DNA of 62,545 nucleotides from Spirochaetia bacterium. Its GTDB lineage: Bacteria; Spirochaetota; Spirochaetia; CADAEX01. Made by a program: the position numbers and the translations under genes. Shown here one piece after another: positions 30,371 through 40,946 of the stretch. The stretch spans positions 1 through 62,545 of the forward strand of contig CAXXHA010000041.1 of the NCBI GenBank assembly GCA_963662265.2, read 5' to 3'. The notes under the pieces were generated by a model, which ran no database searches, was not told the DNA's origin, and saw nothing but the letters and a program-made list of their open reading frames with translations. Numbering within the stretch: the first letter of the stretch is position 1; each line of letters begins with the position of its first letter.

Positions 30371-31036
30371 ATGGACAGTATTTTCCCATATCTTGAACCT
30401 GAAGATTATTTTGAGTTTCCATCCCCTGATAATGCTACTGATGAAGGTATAGTTGCGGCCGGGGGAAACCTCTCTCCCGGAATGCTTGTTTCCGCTTACA
30501 GGCAGGGGCTTTTCCCCTGGTTCAGCGAAGATGAGCCGCTTCTGTGGTGGTCTCCCGATCCCCGTTTTGTAATGTTTCCTGAAAAGGTTCATGTCTCAAG
30601 GTCGATGAAAAAGCTTATCAGGAAAAACAGTTTTGATGTGACATTCAACACAGATTTTGATTCTGTCATAAAGGGATGCAGGCATACCTACAGGGAGGGA
30701 CAGGATGGTACCTGGATAACCGATGAAATGGAGGATGCCTACAAAAGGCTCTTCAGTCTCGGTTATATTCTCTCTGTTGAGGTGAGGGAAGCCGGCAGTA
30801 ATTCAGTTTCTGCAGGGCTCTACGGTGTACGGATTGGGAACTGTTTTTTCGGTGAATCAATGTTTTCAAATATTCCGAACGGTTCCAAATACGGGTTTAT
30901 AAAAGCTTCTGAAAAACTCCGAAGCGAAGGTGTAATACTTATTGATTGCCAGGTGTATACTTCCCACCTTGAATCACTGGGCGCTGAAATGATTGAAAGA
31001 GACAAATTTCTTGAGATTGTGAGAAATAATACATAG
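30371..31036 (+). CDS. aat: Leucyl/phenylalanyl-tRNA--protein transferase
   Basis: AYRQGLFPW, WWSPDPR, TWIT, FFGESMFS, IDCQ. Confidence 0.95.
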   Translation: MDSIFPYLEPEDYFEFPSPDNATDEGIVAAGGNLSPGMLVSAYRQGLFPWFSEDEPLLWWSPDPRFVMFPEKVHVSRSMKKLIRKNSFDVTFNTDFDSVIKGCRHTYREGQDGTWITDEMEDAYKRLFSLGYILSVEVREAGSNSVSAGLYGVRIGNCFFGESMFSNIPNGSKYGFIKASEKLRSEGVILIDCQVYTSHLESLGAEMIERDKFLEIVRNNT

Positions 31037-31127
31037 CGGTGTTATGTAAATATTTTGTTATTTGGGGATTTCATGCTTATTGAGCTCTGTTTTTTTTGGT
31101 ATATTATTATATGTGAATAATTTATAC

Positions 31128-31268
31128 TAAAGCAAAAGCCACCTCCTCTAGTGGTGGTTTCCGAATCGGGCACACTGTTTGTTTTCTTTTTGTGCGGCTT
31201 TTGCCGCATCGTAAGCCCCTATGGGGGCGCGGCTTTCAAACCACCTGCTTTGCTGGTGGTTGTTGATT
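31128..31268 (+). mobile_element. Non-autonomous IS200/IS605-like miniature element
   Basis: Two related subterminal hairpins AAGCCACC-n9-GGTGGTTT and AACCACC-n9-GGTGGTT, no ORF; related copy at 45696-45785. Confidence 0.6.
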
Positions 31269-31327
31269 GAAAAATCACTTTTTTCCGGATAATTACAGAT
31301 AATCAAATTTAAAAAGGAAGAGCAACA

Positions 31328-34177
31328 ATGAAAATTACCATAAGAAAATATTTATTACTTTCTCTTTACGCGTTTCTGTTTGTATTTTCATCCCAGGCGC
31401 TTGATTTTAAAACAGATCAGGGGCTGCCGACAGATCCCTCTGTTGAGAAAGGGGTATACAGCAACGGTCTTACCTACTATATACGTGAAAACAGGAAACC
31501 TGAAAACAGAATTTACCTCAGGCTTGTTGTGAAAACCGGTTCTCTTCAGGAAGATGAAGATCAGCAGGGGCTTGCCCATTTTCAGGAGCACATGGCTTTC
31601 AACGGGACTGAACACTTTAAGGGCAATTCATTGATTGATTTTCTCGAAAAGGCGGGAGTAAGGTTCGGGCCAGACCTCAATGCATATACAGGTTTTGATA
31701 AAACTGTCTACATGCTGGAGCTGCCTGCCGATAAACCTGAGACTGTTGATCTTGGTTTCCAGGTCCTTTCCGACTGGGCTTCAAATATCAGCAACACACC
31801 TGAAGAAATTGAAAAGGAACGGGGTGTTGTTATAGAGGAATGGCGGAAGGAAAAAGGGGCTGAAGAAAGGATCAGCGATGCATCCATACAGACAATTTTT
31901 AAAAATTCAAGGTATGCTGAAAGGCTTCCTATCGGCAAGATCGAAGTACTTGAAAATTTTGATAAGAAAACCATAGACCGGTATTATAAAGACTGGTACA
32001 GGCCTGATCTGATGGCAGTCATTGCTGTAGGTGATTTTGAATCAGGGGAAATGAAGAAGCTGATTGACAGGTATTTCGGCAAATTCCCTCTTAGGACCTT
32101 CAGGAAGAAGAGGATAGTCTATGATATTCCGGAGAGGAAGGGGACTGATTATCTTGTTATTAAGGATAAGGAGGCTGCCAGCGCCAATATCAGGGTTATT
32201 TTTCTACATGAAAAATTCAGTGAAAAAAGCGAAGAAGATTATACAGAGAATATAAAGAGGGGGCTCTTCAGTATGATGCTGAACAGCAGGTATGATGAAA
32301 TACGCCAGCAGAAAAATCCCCCCTATCTCAAGGCAGGGGCTGGGTTCGGCAATGTATCACTCACAAGATCCGCATTTTCTGTATCATGTACACCTGATGA
32401 AAAAAATATCCTGAGGGGAGTCGATGTCCTTTACGGTGAAATTGCAAGGGTATACCAGCACGGGTTTACAAAAAGTGAACTTGAAAGGGCTAAATCCCGG
32501 TATTCCCGTATAATGCAGCACAGTGTTCAGGAAAAAGATAATGCATATTCATTATCTTTTACAGAAGAGTATACGAGAAATTTTATTGAAGATGAATATA
32601 TCCCGGGTATTGATTATGAGTACATGCTTTTTGAAAAAGCAGTCAAAGAGATAACTGTGGAAGATATAAATGCTCTTGCAGATAAATATATAACTGAAGA
32701 CAACAGGATTGTGATATTGAGCGCTCCCGAGAAGGAGGGGGTATATGTCCCAGACCAGGATGAGCTGCAGCGGCATCTGGATGAGGTTTTAAACAGTGAT
32801 TTTGAGCCGTATAAGGATGATGAAAACAGCAGTCCTCTTGTAGATGAAAACTCACTTTCTGCAGCAGGAAGTGTAGTCTCAGAGGAATATGATGACGAGT
32901 TCGGATTATACCGTTATACACTGTCAAACGGCGCTGTAATTATTGTAAAGGAGACAGATTTCAAGGAGAATGAGGTCCTGATGACTGCTGTGAGCAGGGG
33001 AGGAAATTCAAAAGTCTCTGATGAAGACTGGTACTCTGCAAACCTTGCAGCCCCTATCATAACAAGGGCAGGGGTTGGGAATTTCAGCAGCATACAACTG
33101 GACAAGAAGCTTGAAGGCAAAATTGTATCTGTGACTCCGTTTATTGAGGAACTTTCTGAGGGTTTTTCAGGAAGCTCATCTCTGGAAGACCTTGAGACAA
33201 TGTTTACCCTTCTTTACCTCTACTTCAAAGAGCCGAGAAAAGATTCTGAATCCTATGATTCATATATTTCCAGGCTTAAAATATATCTTTCAAACCAGGA
33301 TGCGAAGCCGGATGTTGTTTTTGCAAAAGCTCTTAGAAAAATACTTACAGATAATCATGAAAGGGGAAAACCTTTTGATCTGGACTTTGTAAACAGGGTT
33401 GAACTTGACAGGGGATACAGTGTCTACATGGACAGGTTCAGCGATCCGGGGGATTTTACTTTTATCTTCACAGGATCTGCAAACAGAGAGGAAATAGTCA
33501 ATCTTGCTCTTAAATATATTGCGCCGCTTGAAAACAGTTCCGACTATAAAATCGGAAAAAGGGAAAACTGGACTGATACAGGAATGAAGATGCCTGCAGG
33601 TGTAATACGGGAAAAAGTCTTCAAGGGTGTGGATGAGAAGAGTGAAGTTGCTGTGATTTTTAAAGGAAGCTATGAATGGAGCAGGTCTGAAAATCTTGTT
33701 CTTTCATCTCTTGCAGAGGCTGCTGATATGAGGCTGCGTGAAGTTATCAGGGAAGGTGAAGGGGGAAGCTACAATATAAGTGTCTATCCTTCGATGAAGC
33801 ATTTTCCGTCACCTGAATACCAGCTGATTGTATTTTTCGGATGTGACCCGGAAAGGGCTGAAGAGCTTAAAACTACTGTTTTCGATGTAATTGAAAAACT
33901 GAAGGAGAATATTTCAGAAGATATACTAATCAAGATAAAAGAGGCTAATTATCAGCAGCATGATAAAAATGTCCTTGAAAACAGTTTCTGGGACAGCGCT
34001 GTTTCTGAAGCTGAACTGTCAGGCGCCTCCCTTGACTGGATTAAGAATTTCAGGGAAATGATCGGGAAAATAACAACTGATGAACTTGAGGCTGCTGCAA
34101 GAAAATATTTCAATACCGACAGTTTCATCGATGTTACGCTGTATCCTGAAAGCTATAGTGAAAAACTAAGTGACTAG
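31328..34177 (+). CDS. M16 family zinc metalloprotease (PqqL-like), exported
   Basis: Signal peptide, HFQEH (HxxEH), LNAYTGFD, RLPIG, WYRPD. Confidence 0.92.
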   Translation: MKITIRKYLLLSLYAFLFVFSSQALDFKTDQGLPTDPSVEKGVYSNGLTYYIRENRKPENRIYLRLVVKTGSLQEDEDQQGLAHFQEHMAFNGTEHFKGNSLIDFLEKAGVRFGPDLNAYTGFDKTVYMLELPADKPETVDLGFQVLSDWASNISNTPEEIEKERGVVIEEWRKEKGAEERISDASIQTIFKNSRYAERLPIGKIEVLENFDKKTIDRYYKDWYRPDLMAVIAVGDFESGEMKKLIDRYFGKFPLRTFRKKRIVYDIPERKGTDYLVIKDKEAASANIRVIFLHEKFSEKSEEDYTENIKRGLFSMMLNSRYDEIRQQKNPPYLKAGAGFGNVSLTRSAFSVSCTPDEKNILRGVDVLYGEIARVYQHGFTKSELERAKSRYSRIMQHSVQEKDNAYSLSFTEEYTRNFIEDEYIPGIDYEYMLFEKAVKEITVEDINALADKYITEDNRIVILSAPEKEGVYVPDQDELQRHLDEVLNSDFEPYKDDENSSPLVDENSLSAAGSVVSEEYDDEFGLYRYTLSNGAVIIVKETDFKENEVLMTAVSRGGNSKVSDEDWYSANLAAPIITRAGVGNFSSIQLDKKLEGKIVSVTPFIEELSEGFSGSSSLEDLETMFTLLYLYFKEPRKDSESYDSYISRLKIYLSNQDAKPDVVFAKALRKILTDNHERGKPFDLDFVNRVELDRGYSVYMDRFSDPGDFTFIFTGSANREEIVNLALKYIAPLENSSDYKIGKRENWTDTGMKMPAGVIREKVFKGVDEKSEVAVIFKGSYEWSRSENLVLSSLAEAADMRLREVIREGEGGSYNISVYPSMKHFPSPEYQLIVFFGCDPERAEELKTTVFDVIEKLKENISEDILIKIKEANYQQHDKNVLENSFWDSAVSEAELSGASLDWIKNFREMIGKITTDELEAAARKYFNTDSFIDVTLYPESYSEKLSD

Positions 34178-34428
34178 TCTGCATCTAACAGTTGTGGTTT
34201 TATAAAAGATATTGCAGTTTTAAGCTTTGCTGTATAAAAGCTGTGAAAACTTGATATCATGGAACAGAATTTGAAAATACGGAGTATTCCGGTAATTTGC
34301 TTTATTATCTGAAAGATGAGTATATTTATAAGCTGAAATACCGGAAATCTGATCATTTTGAGATGATTTATTACTGCGATATTTTCTGAAATATGAAAAC
34401 ATAATGTATAAGAATTAATTTGTTTGCG

Positions 34429-34470
34429 AAAAAAAAGCACTTCAGGAAAAACTTCCGGAAGTGCTTTTTT
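34429..34470. terminator. Bidirectional terminator
   Basis: A-run GCACTTC...GAAGTGC T-run. Confidence 0.7.
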
Positions 34471-34484
34471 ATTGGATTTTTATA

Positions 34485-36146
34485 TCAGTACTTGAATCCG
34501 CTGTCTCCGATAAATTCCCTCAGTATGGATGTCCCGGGTACATAACGTGCCGGGAGGTTGTTGAAATTGCTTAAAAACCGCTGAAGCCTCTTTGCCTCTG
34601 AATAAAGCTTGTCGCTTGGTTTTACTGATTTCAGTATAGGCTCTGCAAATGTCTTCAGCACAGACAGTTCGTAGTCAAGTGCGGAATTAAACACGCTGTC
34701 GGAATTATCCTGGTACGGGAATATGTTTTTATCCTCACCCCTTCTTACAGACGGCCACCTTGAAAGCGTATCAAGGGCTGAATATCCTCGGTACTGGAAA
34801 TCCCTTATCATTCTCCTTATAAGCCGGTTGTCAGTTGTCGGAATCCTGCTGTGGTCATCAAGGTTCAGCTGTGTAAGGGCTGAAATATAGATCCTGTGCT
34901 TCATACTCCTTTCTATTCTCCATGTAAGCCTGTCATTCAGCCCGTGAATCCCCTCAAGGACAAGAATACTTCTCTCATCCATTTTTATTCTGTGCCCTTT
35001 GTAGACCCTTTTCCCTGTTTTGAAATCAAATACAGGGAGTTCAATTTCTTCGCCGTTAAAAAGAGAGAGAAGGTCGTTGTTGAGAAGTTCTATATCTATT
35101 GCCTCGATACATTCAAAATCATATTCCCCGTTTTCATCTCTTGGTGTAAGCTCCCTTCCAACATAATAATCATCAAGCGATATGGAAAGAGGGTTGAACC
35201 CGACTACCTGGAGCTGGGTGGTAAGTTTTTTCGCAAATGTTGTCTTTCCTGATGATGATGGGCCTGCAATAAGAACAACTTTAACATTTCTCTTTTTTTC
35301 AGCTATCTGGTCAGCTATCTGCGCTATTTTCTTGTTGTGAAGTGCTTCTGCGACATTTATCAGCTTTTCCCCGTTTCCTGCCGCTATATGTTCATTAAGC
35401 TCCCCTACAGAGCTGAAATTCTGTATTTTACCCCATGAGTTATATTCCTTGTAGATAGCTGAAAGTTCAGGCATGTCTTTGAAAGGGGGAATAACATCAG
35501 GATTATCGTGTGTCGGAAAACGGAGAAGAAAACCGCTTGAATAAGGCATTATTTCAAACAGATTAAGCATTCCTGTCTCAGGGACAAGCGGGGAATGGGC
35601 AAGGTCGAAATAGTCTTCACATTCAAATATTGCTATCTTGCTGTCATTCCTGTATTTCAGAAGAAGAAATGCACCGTGGGTGTTTTTCCTGTCAAAGAGT
35701 TCGACAGCATCCTGGTATGATATTATCATTCTGGTTATTTTCAGGTTTTTTTCCACATAGGATTTGACCTCTTCCCTTATCAGATCAATATCGCCTTTTT
35801 CAGGATTGATAATGTTGTCAAAGTAAAAATAATAACTGCTTCCGAGTGAATTGCTGATTACAAGCCTTCTTTTCGGGAAAAGTTTTTTTGCAGCTTTTGT
35901 GACCAGGAAGGACAGTGAATCCCTGTATATTCTGATCCCTTCAAATGAATCAAGATAAACAGGGACAACTGTTGAATTTACCCTTATTTTATATGTAAGG
36001 CTTGTTATTTCGTTGTTTACAAAGGCTCCTGCCGCAGGAGCTTTTCTTTTCTCAAGAAGGTTGTTTTCAAAAAAATATTCAACTCTTGTTCCGTACGGGA
36101 CAGTTACGGAAGAGCTGTCCGGCAGTTTAACTTTTACTTCTCTCAT
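34485..36146 (-). CDS. Nucleoside/uridine kinase with an N-terminal ThrRS-like region
   Basis: AGPSSSGKTT, SLDDYY, LEGIHGLN, RWPSVRRGE. Confidence 0.88.
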   Translation of the reverse strand: MREVKVKLPDSSSVTVPYGTRVEYFFENNLLEKRKAPAAGAFVNNEITSLTYKIRVNSTVVPVYLDSFEGIRIYRDSLSFLVTKAAKKLFPKRRLVISNSLGSSYYFYFDNIINPEKGDIDLIREEVKSYVEKNLKITRMIISYQDAVELFDRKNTHGAFLLLKYRNDSKIAIFECEDYFDLAHSPLVPETGMLNLFEIMPYSSGFLLRFPTHDNPDVIPPFKDMPELSAIYKEYNSWGKIQNFSSVGELNEHIAAGNGEKLINVAEALHNKKIAQIADQIAEKKRNVKVVLIAGPSSSGKTTFAKKLTTQLQVVGFNPLSISLDDYYVGRELTPRDENGEYDFECIEAIDIELLNNDLLSLFNGEEIELPVFDFKTGKRVYKGHRIKMDERSILVLEGIHGLNDRLTWRIERSMKHRIYISALTQLNLDDHSRIPTTDNRLIRRMIRDFQYRGYSALDTLSRWPSVRRGEDKNIFPYQDNSDSVFNSALDYELSVLKTFAEPILKSVKPSDKLYSEAKRLQRFLSNFNNLPARYVPGTSILREFIGDSGFKY

Positions 36147-36446
36147 TTTAATCTCCTGTTGATAAAAAATATATGTATAAACAGTTTAATGCAAATATCT
36201 GTAAAAACGGTTCATAGCAATTTTACTGTATAAACAGCTTTATTTAAAAGCGGATATTAATAGTATCACAGCTTATACATCTTTTGTAAAAAAAAGACCT
36301 GTCTTCATATTTGAAGGACAGGCCCTGAAAGAATATATCAATAAATCAAGTATATTATGCGGTTAAATTGATGCTTGCGATATATCATTAAAACGGATGA
36401 AATAAAACCATAAACAGAACTCTGTCAGTTCATGGATGGTTTACAA

Positions 36447-36481
36447 AGAGGGGTTATTCTGACTTGCAGAATAACCCCTCT
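36447..36481 (-). terminator. Hairpin after the tolC-like gene
   Basis: AGAGGGGTTATTCTG/CAGAATAACCCCTCT 15-bp stem. Confidence 0.65.
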
Positions 36482-36505
36482 GTTTACATGTAAACTGTTG
36501 AAATA

Positions 36506-37852
36506 TCAGTTAACAGGAAGGTTCCTGTTAACTTTTCCAACTGCTTTTTCCCAGTCAAAGTATGCAGCAAGATATTCATAAACCGCTGAAACATGCGCTA
36601 TTTCCGCATTTTCACGGCTGAGCCTTGCATCTTTAAGTTCAAGCTGTGTTCCCATACCGCTGTTATAGGATGCCTGTGTTATTTCATATGCTTTATCTGC
36701 TGTAACCATGGTTGTCAGAGCACTCTGTATTCTTTCTTCCGCTTCTTTAAGTGAAAGATAAATACTCCTTATTTCACTCATAACATCCTCTTCAAGCTGC
36801 TCTATCTTGAGAACTGTCTGCTGGTATTCAGTCTCTGCCTTTTTGTCCTGTGAACTTAATGCACCCCCGGTATATACAGGGAGCGTCAGTGTAAAGCCTA
36901 TTGTTGCAGCAGTCACTTCATCTTCGATTTTAAAATCATCGGAACTTGACTGAACACCATATGTAATATTTGCAGCAAGGGTGGGGTAGTGGTCTGCCAT
37001 GGCTGCCTTGATATTAAGGTCCCTGAGGTTTCTTTCTCTCTGGAGAGTCTTGTAATCTGCCCTTTCAGGGAGAATTTTATTGAGAGGAAGAAGCTCCGGT
37101 ATATCTGGATAAACTGAAATATCACAGTCCAGATCCACTTCGCTGTCAAGAGGAATACCTGCAAGGTTTTTGAAATTGATTCTTGCAAGGTCAAGATTTT
37201 TCTTAGCCTGAGTTGTTTCTGGTATTGTCATTTTCCAGTCAACTTCAGCTCTAAGAAGGTCAACTTCCGATACAAGTCCGTTGTCAAACTTGTCCTTGAT
37301 TATATTGTAGTTTTCATAAGTGTTTTCTTCGGTTGATTTCTTTACCTCATAGAGTTTTTCCATGAGGTAATTCTGATAATACACCTTCTTTGCAATTGTA
37401 AGTATCTCCTGAAGCTGGACATCATATATTGCGCCTGTCATAAGCTTGTATTCCTTGCTTGCCCTTATTGCCTGGAACACTTTCATGTTGAAAACCTGCT
37501 GATCGAGAGAGAGACCGAATGAAAAGTCGTTGTCGCTGTTCATGTCTATATCCTGCATGATTAATGGACCTCCTCCTGCTACGGAAGCAACAGGATATGA
37601 CTGTTCAATATCTTTGAGGTTTCTTGTGTAACCTGCCTGTGCCCCTATTGTCGGGAGCGCCTGTGACTTTGCCGCTTTCTCATTGGTTTCCGCAATAATC
37701 ACATCTTTTGCAGCCTGCTTGAGCTGCCGGCTGTTTTTCTCGACACCTGTAATATAGTTTTCAAGCGTATAGCTTTCACTGAATAAAGGAGCTGTTACTG
37801 CTGTTGTCAGAAGCAAAACAGCAGCTGCTGTAGTAAATATCCTAAGCTTCAT
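36506..37852 (-). CDS. TolC family outer membrane efflux protein
   Basis: Signal peptide, two OEP repeats, last gene of the RND operon. Confidence 0.88.
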   Translation of the reverse strand: MKLRIFTTAAAVLLLTTAVTAPLFSESYTLENYITGVEKNSRQLKQAAKDVIIAETNEKAAKSQALPTIGAQAGYTRNLKDIEQSYPVASVAGGGPLIMQDIDMNSDNDFSFGLSLDQQVFNMKVFQAIRASKEYKLMTGAIYDVQLQEILTIAKKVYYQNYLMEKLYEVKKSTEENTYENYNIIKDKFDNGLVSEVDLLRAEVDWKMTIPETTQAKKNLDLARINFKNLAGIPLDSEVDLDCDISVYPDIPELLPLNKILPERADYKTLQRERNLRDLNIKAAMADHYPTLAANITYGVQSSSDDFKIEDEVTAATIGFTLTLPVYTGGALSSQDKKAETEYQQTVLKIEQLEEDVMSEIRSIYLSLKEAEERIQSALTTMVTADKAYEITQASYNSGMGTQLELKDARLSRENAEIAHVSAVYEYLAAYFDWEKAVGKVNRNLPVN

Positions 37853-40800
37853 AAACGGTTTCCTTGTTTTTATTTTTCTTTTTGTTTCTTGTCATTAGGT
37901 TTTCCACTGACGGAATTACAAACAATGTAAGTACTGTAGCAGTCGCAAGACCCCCGATACTTACAATACCCATAGGCTGTCTCATTTCGGCTCCTGCAGA
38001 TCCAATTCCCATAGCCATGGGAAGCATACCGAGGATTGCCGCAATATTTGACATAAGAATTGGCTTGAGTTTTACAGGACATGCTTCTATGAGAGCTTCC
38101 CTCATAGTCATCCCGGAAGCTTTAAGCTGGTTTGCATAGTCAAGGATAAGGATCGCGTTATTAACTACAAGCCCTATAAGCATGACTATCGCCATCATCG
38201 AGATGAAGTTCATGTTCTTCCCTGTAAGAAGGAATGCTGCTACTACACCGATCAGGGAAAGAGGTACTGTTGCCAGAATAAGAAGCGGCTGTGTAGTTTT
38301 TTCGAGTATTGCAGCAAGAAGCATGTATGTAAGGATAATAGCAATAATAAATGCCTTTCCCATAGCCTTGTTTGCAGATTCCATCTCTTCAGCTTCACCG
38401 GATATGATTTTCTTATATCCGAAAGGAAGGTCCAGTTTTTCAACTTCCTCGTCAACAATATTCAGAAGCTGTCCCTGGGCATATCCCGGAGCAATATCTG
38501 CGCTGAATTCAATTGCCTTGACTTTGTCATAGTGGAGGATTTTGTTGTATCCTGTTGTATATTCAACCTTTGCAAAGTGTGAAATAGGGTAAATACCGTT
38601 TCTTGTCGCGATTGAGATGTTTTTAACATCCTCATAGCTGTTTACAGCTTCATCCTTAATAACAACCCTTATGTCATATTCATTGCCATATTCCTTGTAC
38701 TGGGTCATTACCATCCCCTCGACAGCACTTCTCATTGTTATTGCCAGGTCATAAATTGTAAGCCCTGCATCGTTGAGTTTCTTTCTGTCCGGAGTTATGG
38801 TTATTTCCGGTTTCCCTTCACGTGAAGATGTATCAAGGTTCATAAACCCTTCTCTCCTGTTCAGTGCTTCGAAAAGTTCACTCTTATATGCTTCAAGTTT
38901 TTCAGTATCCTGTCCGGTCAGGTAGAAGTTTATCGGTTTTCCGCCGCCGCCTCCCATTCCGGAAATAGCTGCAACTTTAATATCTGCACCCGGGATATCT
39001 GCAAGTTCTCCTGTAAGTTCTGCAGCAAGAATAGTGTTGCTTATTTCCCTTTCCTCTTTCGGGTACATTGAAACAGTCATTGTTGAAAGGTTTGTTCCTG
39101 TATTTGTTGCTGATGTCTGGCCCAGCTTTGTTACAATATGCTTGATTTCCCCGTAATGAGCGAGTCTTGTTTCAATTTTCTTTGTAATGTTTTCTGTTTC
39201 CTCAATATCGTAGCCCTGGGGAAGTTCAACAGTAATCTCAATATCACCTTCATCTGAGAAAGGCATGAATTCAAACTGTATTTTTCCGAAAAGTCCCATT
39301 GCAAAAATAAACAGTGCAACTGCGGAAACAACAACCAAAGCACTTTTGGGCTTTGAGCTCAGAATCCAGGAAAGTGCTTTCTTGTAGCTGACTTCCCACC
39401 TTTTAAACATTGCTTCAAGTTTTTCACCTATTTTGTTTTTCTTACCCACATTTTCAGGCAGTATGAATGAAGCCATCATTGGTGTAAGAGTAAAAGCAAT
39501 AATGAGTGAGAATATAGTTGCAAATGTTACTGCAAGTGCAAATTCTCTCAGATACATACCTACAATACCATCCATGGTTGCAAGCGGCAGGAATACCGCA
39601 AGGTTTGTAAGGGTTGATGCAAGAACAGCTACTGTTACTTCTGCAGTCCCTGAAGCAGCAGCCTCCTTTCTTCCGTGACCCATTTCCTTGTGCCGGAAGA
39701 TGTTTTCAAGTACAACAACCGAGTTCATTACAAGAAGCCCTACAGATGTTGAAAGCCCCATCAGTGTCATTATGTTGAGAGAAAATCCCATTGCATTGAA
39801 AATCATGAATGTGGGGATAAGCGATGCAGGCATTGTAATTACAATAATCATTGTTGACCTGAAGTCGTGAAGGAAAAAGAGAAGAACAAAAGATGTGAAG
39901 ATTATACCCAGAACAATATTGGATATTGTATCGCTTACTGATGATTTTACATATTCCGCAGATTCATCAATTATTTCAAGAGTAACTCCAGCCGGGAGAT
40001 CTTCCTGTATTTTATCCATTACATCTTTTACATCTTTTACAATTTTTACAGCATTACCTTCTGAATTCTTGATAACGCTGAGAAGAATGGCATTTGAGTT
40101 TCTTGTTTTTGTTTTATTGTTAAAGTAGATTGCTTTTTCTCTTACTTCCTCACCCGAGTCTATAATATCCGCAATCTGTCTGAGTTTCTTGTTTCCTGAA
40201 GCTGTCGGTATCTCAATATTGGCTAGTTCATGAAGTGTACCGAATTCCCCGTCAAGTTTAACAGAATATTCCTGCCCTTTCTCCTGAAAGTACCCGCCAG
40301 GCATATTCATGTTTGATGATTTCAATATCTGGTTTACCTGGGCAAGAGATATATTGTTCTGGAAAACTGTCCTGTTGTCAAATTCAACTTTTATTTCCCT
40401 TTCCTGGCCCCCTGTAAGGTCAACGCTTCCCACATTTTCCACCTGGGAAAGAAGAACCTTGACTTTACCGTCTGCAAGGTCATAGAGTTCCTGCATAGGG
40501 ATATTTCCGGAAATCATTACATCAATTACTGATATAGCCATGATATCAAATTTTTCTATGAGAGGATCTTCCGCATCTTCCGGGAATTCATTCATAATAT
40601 TGTCAATCTTTGATTTTACTTCCTGATGTGCAACATCCTGGTCTTTATCAAGATCAAACCTCATTATAATTATTGAAGCACTGTCCAGTGAATACGAGTG
40701 AATATAGTCAATATTACTTATCGTCGATATTTCATCCTCGATTTTATCTGTAATCTGGCTTTCTATCTGGTCCGGGCTTGCTCCCGGATATACTGTCTGT

Positions 40801-40940
40801 ATTACAACAAACGGGAATTCCACGTTTGGTGTAAGGTTGAGGGGGAGGGCAAAGAATGCCATTATCCCGAATAATAGCAGAGCTGCAAGGAACATTGAGA
40901 TCATTACAGGTCTTTTTATTGATATATTGGATAGAAACAT
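37842..40940 (-). CDS. RND efflux permease (AcrB/MdtB-like)
   Basis: SIKRPV, YPGASP, VVVLENIFRH, GLVVNNAIL; 1032 aa. Confidence 0.95.
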   Translation of the reverse strand: MFLSNISIKRPVMISMFLAALLLFGIMAFFALPLNLTPNVEFPFVVIQTVYPGASPDQIESQITDKIEDEISTISNIDYIHSYSLDSASIIIMRFDLDKDQDVAHQEVKSKIDNIMNEFPEDAEDPLIEKFDIMAISVIDVMISGNIPMQELYDLADGKVKVLLSQVENVGSVDLTGGQEREIKVEFDNRTVFQNNISLAQVNQILKSSNMNMPGGYFQEKGQEYSVKLDGEFGTLHELANIEIPTASGNKKLRQIADIIDSGEEVREKAIYFNNKTKTRNSNAILLSVIKNSEGNAVKIVKDVKDVMDKIQEDLPAGVTLEIIDESAEYVKSSVSDTISNIVLGIIFTSFVLLFFLHDFRSTMIIVITMPASLIPTFMIFNAMGFSLNIMTLMGLSTSVGLLVMNSVVVLENIFRHKEMGHGRKEAAASGTAEVTVAVLASTLTNLAVFLPLATMDGIVGMYLREFALAVTFATIFSLIIAFTLTPMMASFILPENVGKKNKIGEKLEAMFKRWEVSYKKALSWILSSKPKSALVVVSAVALFIFAMGLFGKIQFEFMPFSDEGDIEITVELPQGYDIEETENITKKIETRLAHYGEIKHIVTKLGQTSATNTGTNLSTMTVSMYPKEEREISNTILAAELTGELADIPGADIKVAAISGMGGGGGKPINFYLTGQDTEKLEAYKSELFEALNRREGFMNLDTSSREGKPEITITPDRKKLNDAGLTIYDLAITMRSAVEGMVMTQYKEYGNEYDIRVVIKDEAVNSYEDVKNISIATRNGIYPISHFAKVEYTTGYNKILHYDKVKAIEFSADIAPGYAQGQLLNIVDEEVEKLDLPFGYKKIISGEAEEMESANKAMGKAFIIAIILTYMLLAAILEKTTQPLLILATVPLSLIGVVAAFLLTGKNMNFISMMAIVMLIGLVVNNAILILDYANQLKASGMTMREALIEACPVKLKPILMSNIAAILGMLPMAMGIGSAGAEMRQPMGIVSIGGLATATVLTLFVIPSVENLMTRNKKKNKNKETVYEA

Positions 40941-40946
40941 TTTTTA

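Noticed and set aside
27763-31036. clpS-clpA-aat as a novel system
   Set aside because: Well-known N-degron pathway operon
34174-34440. Short ORFs between the M16 protease and the kinase
   Set aside because: AT-rich, no SD or motifs, overlapping the terminator
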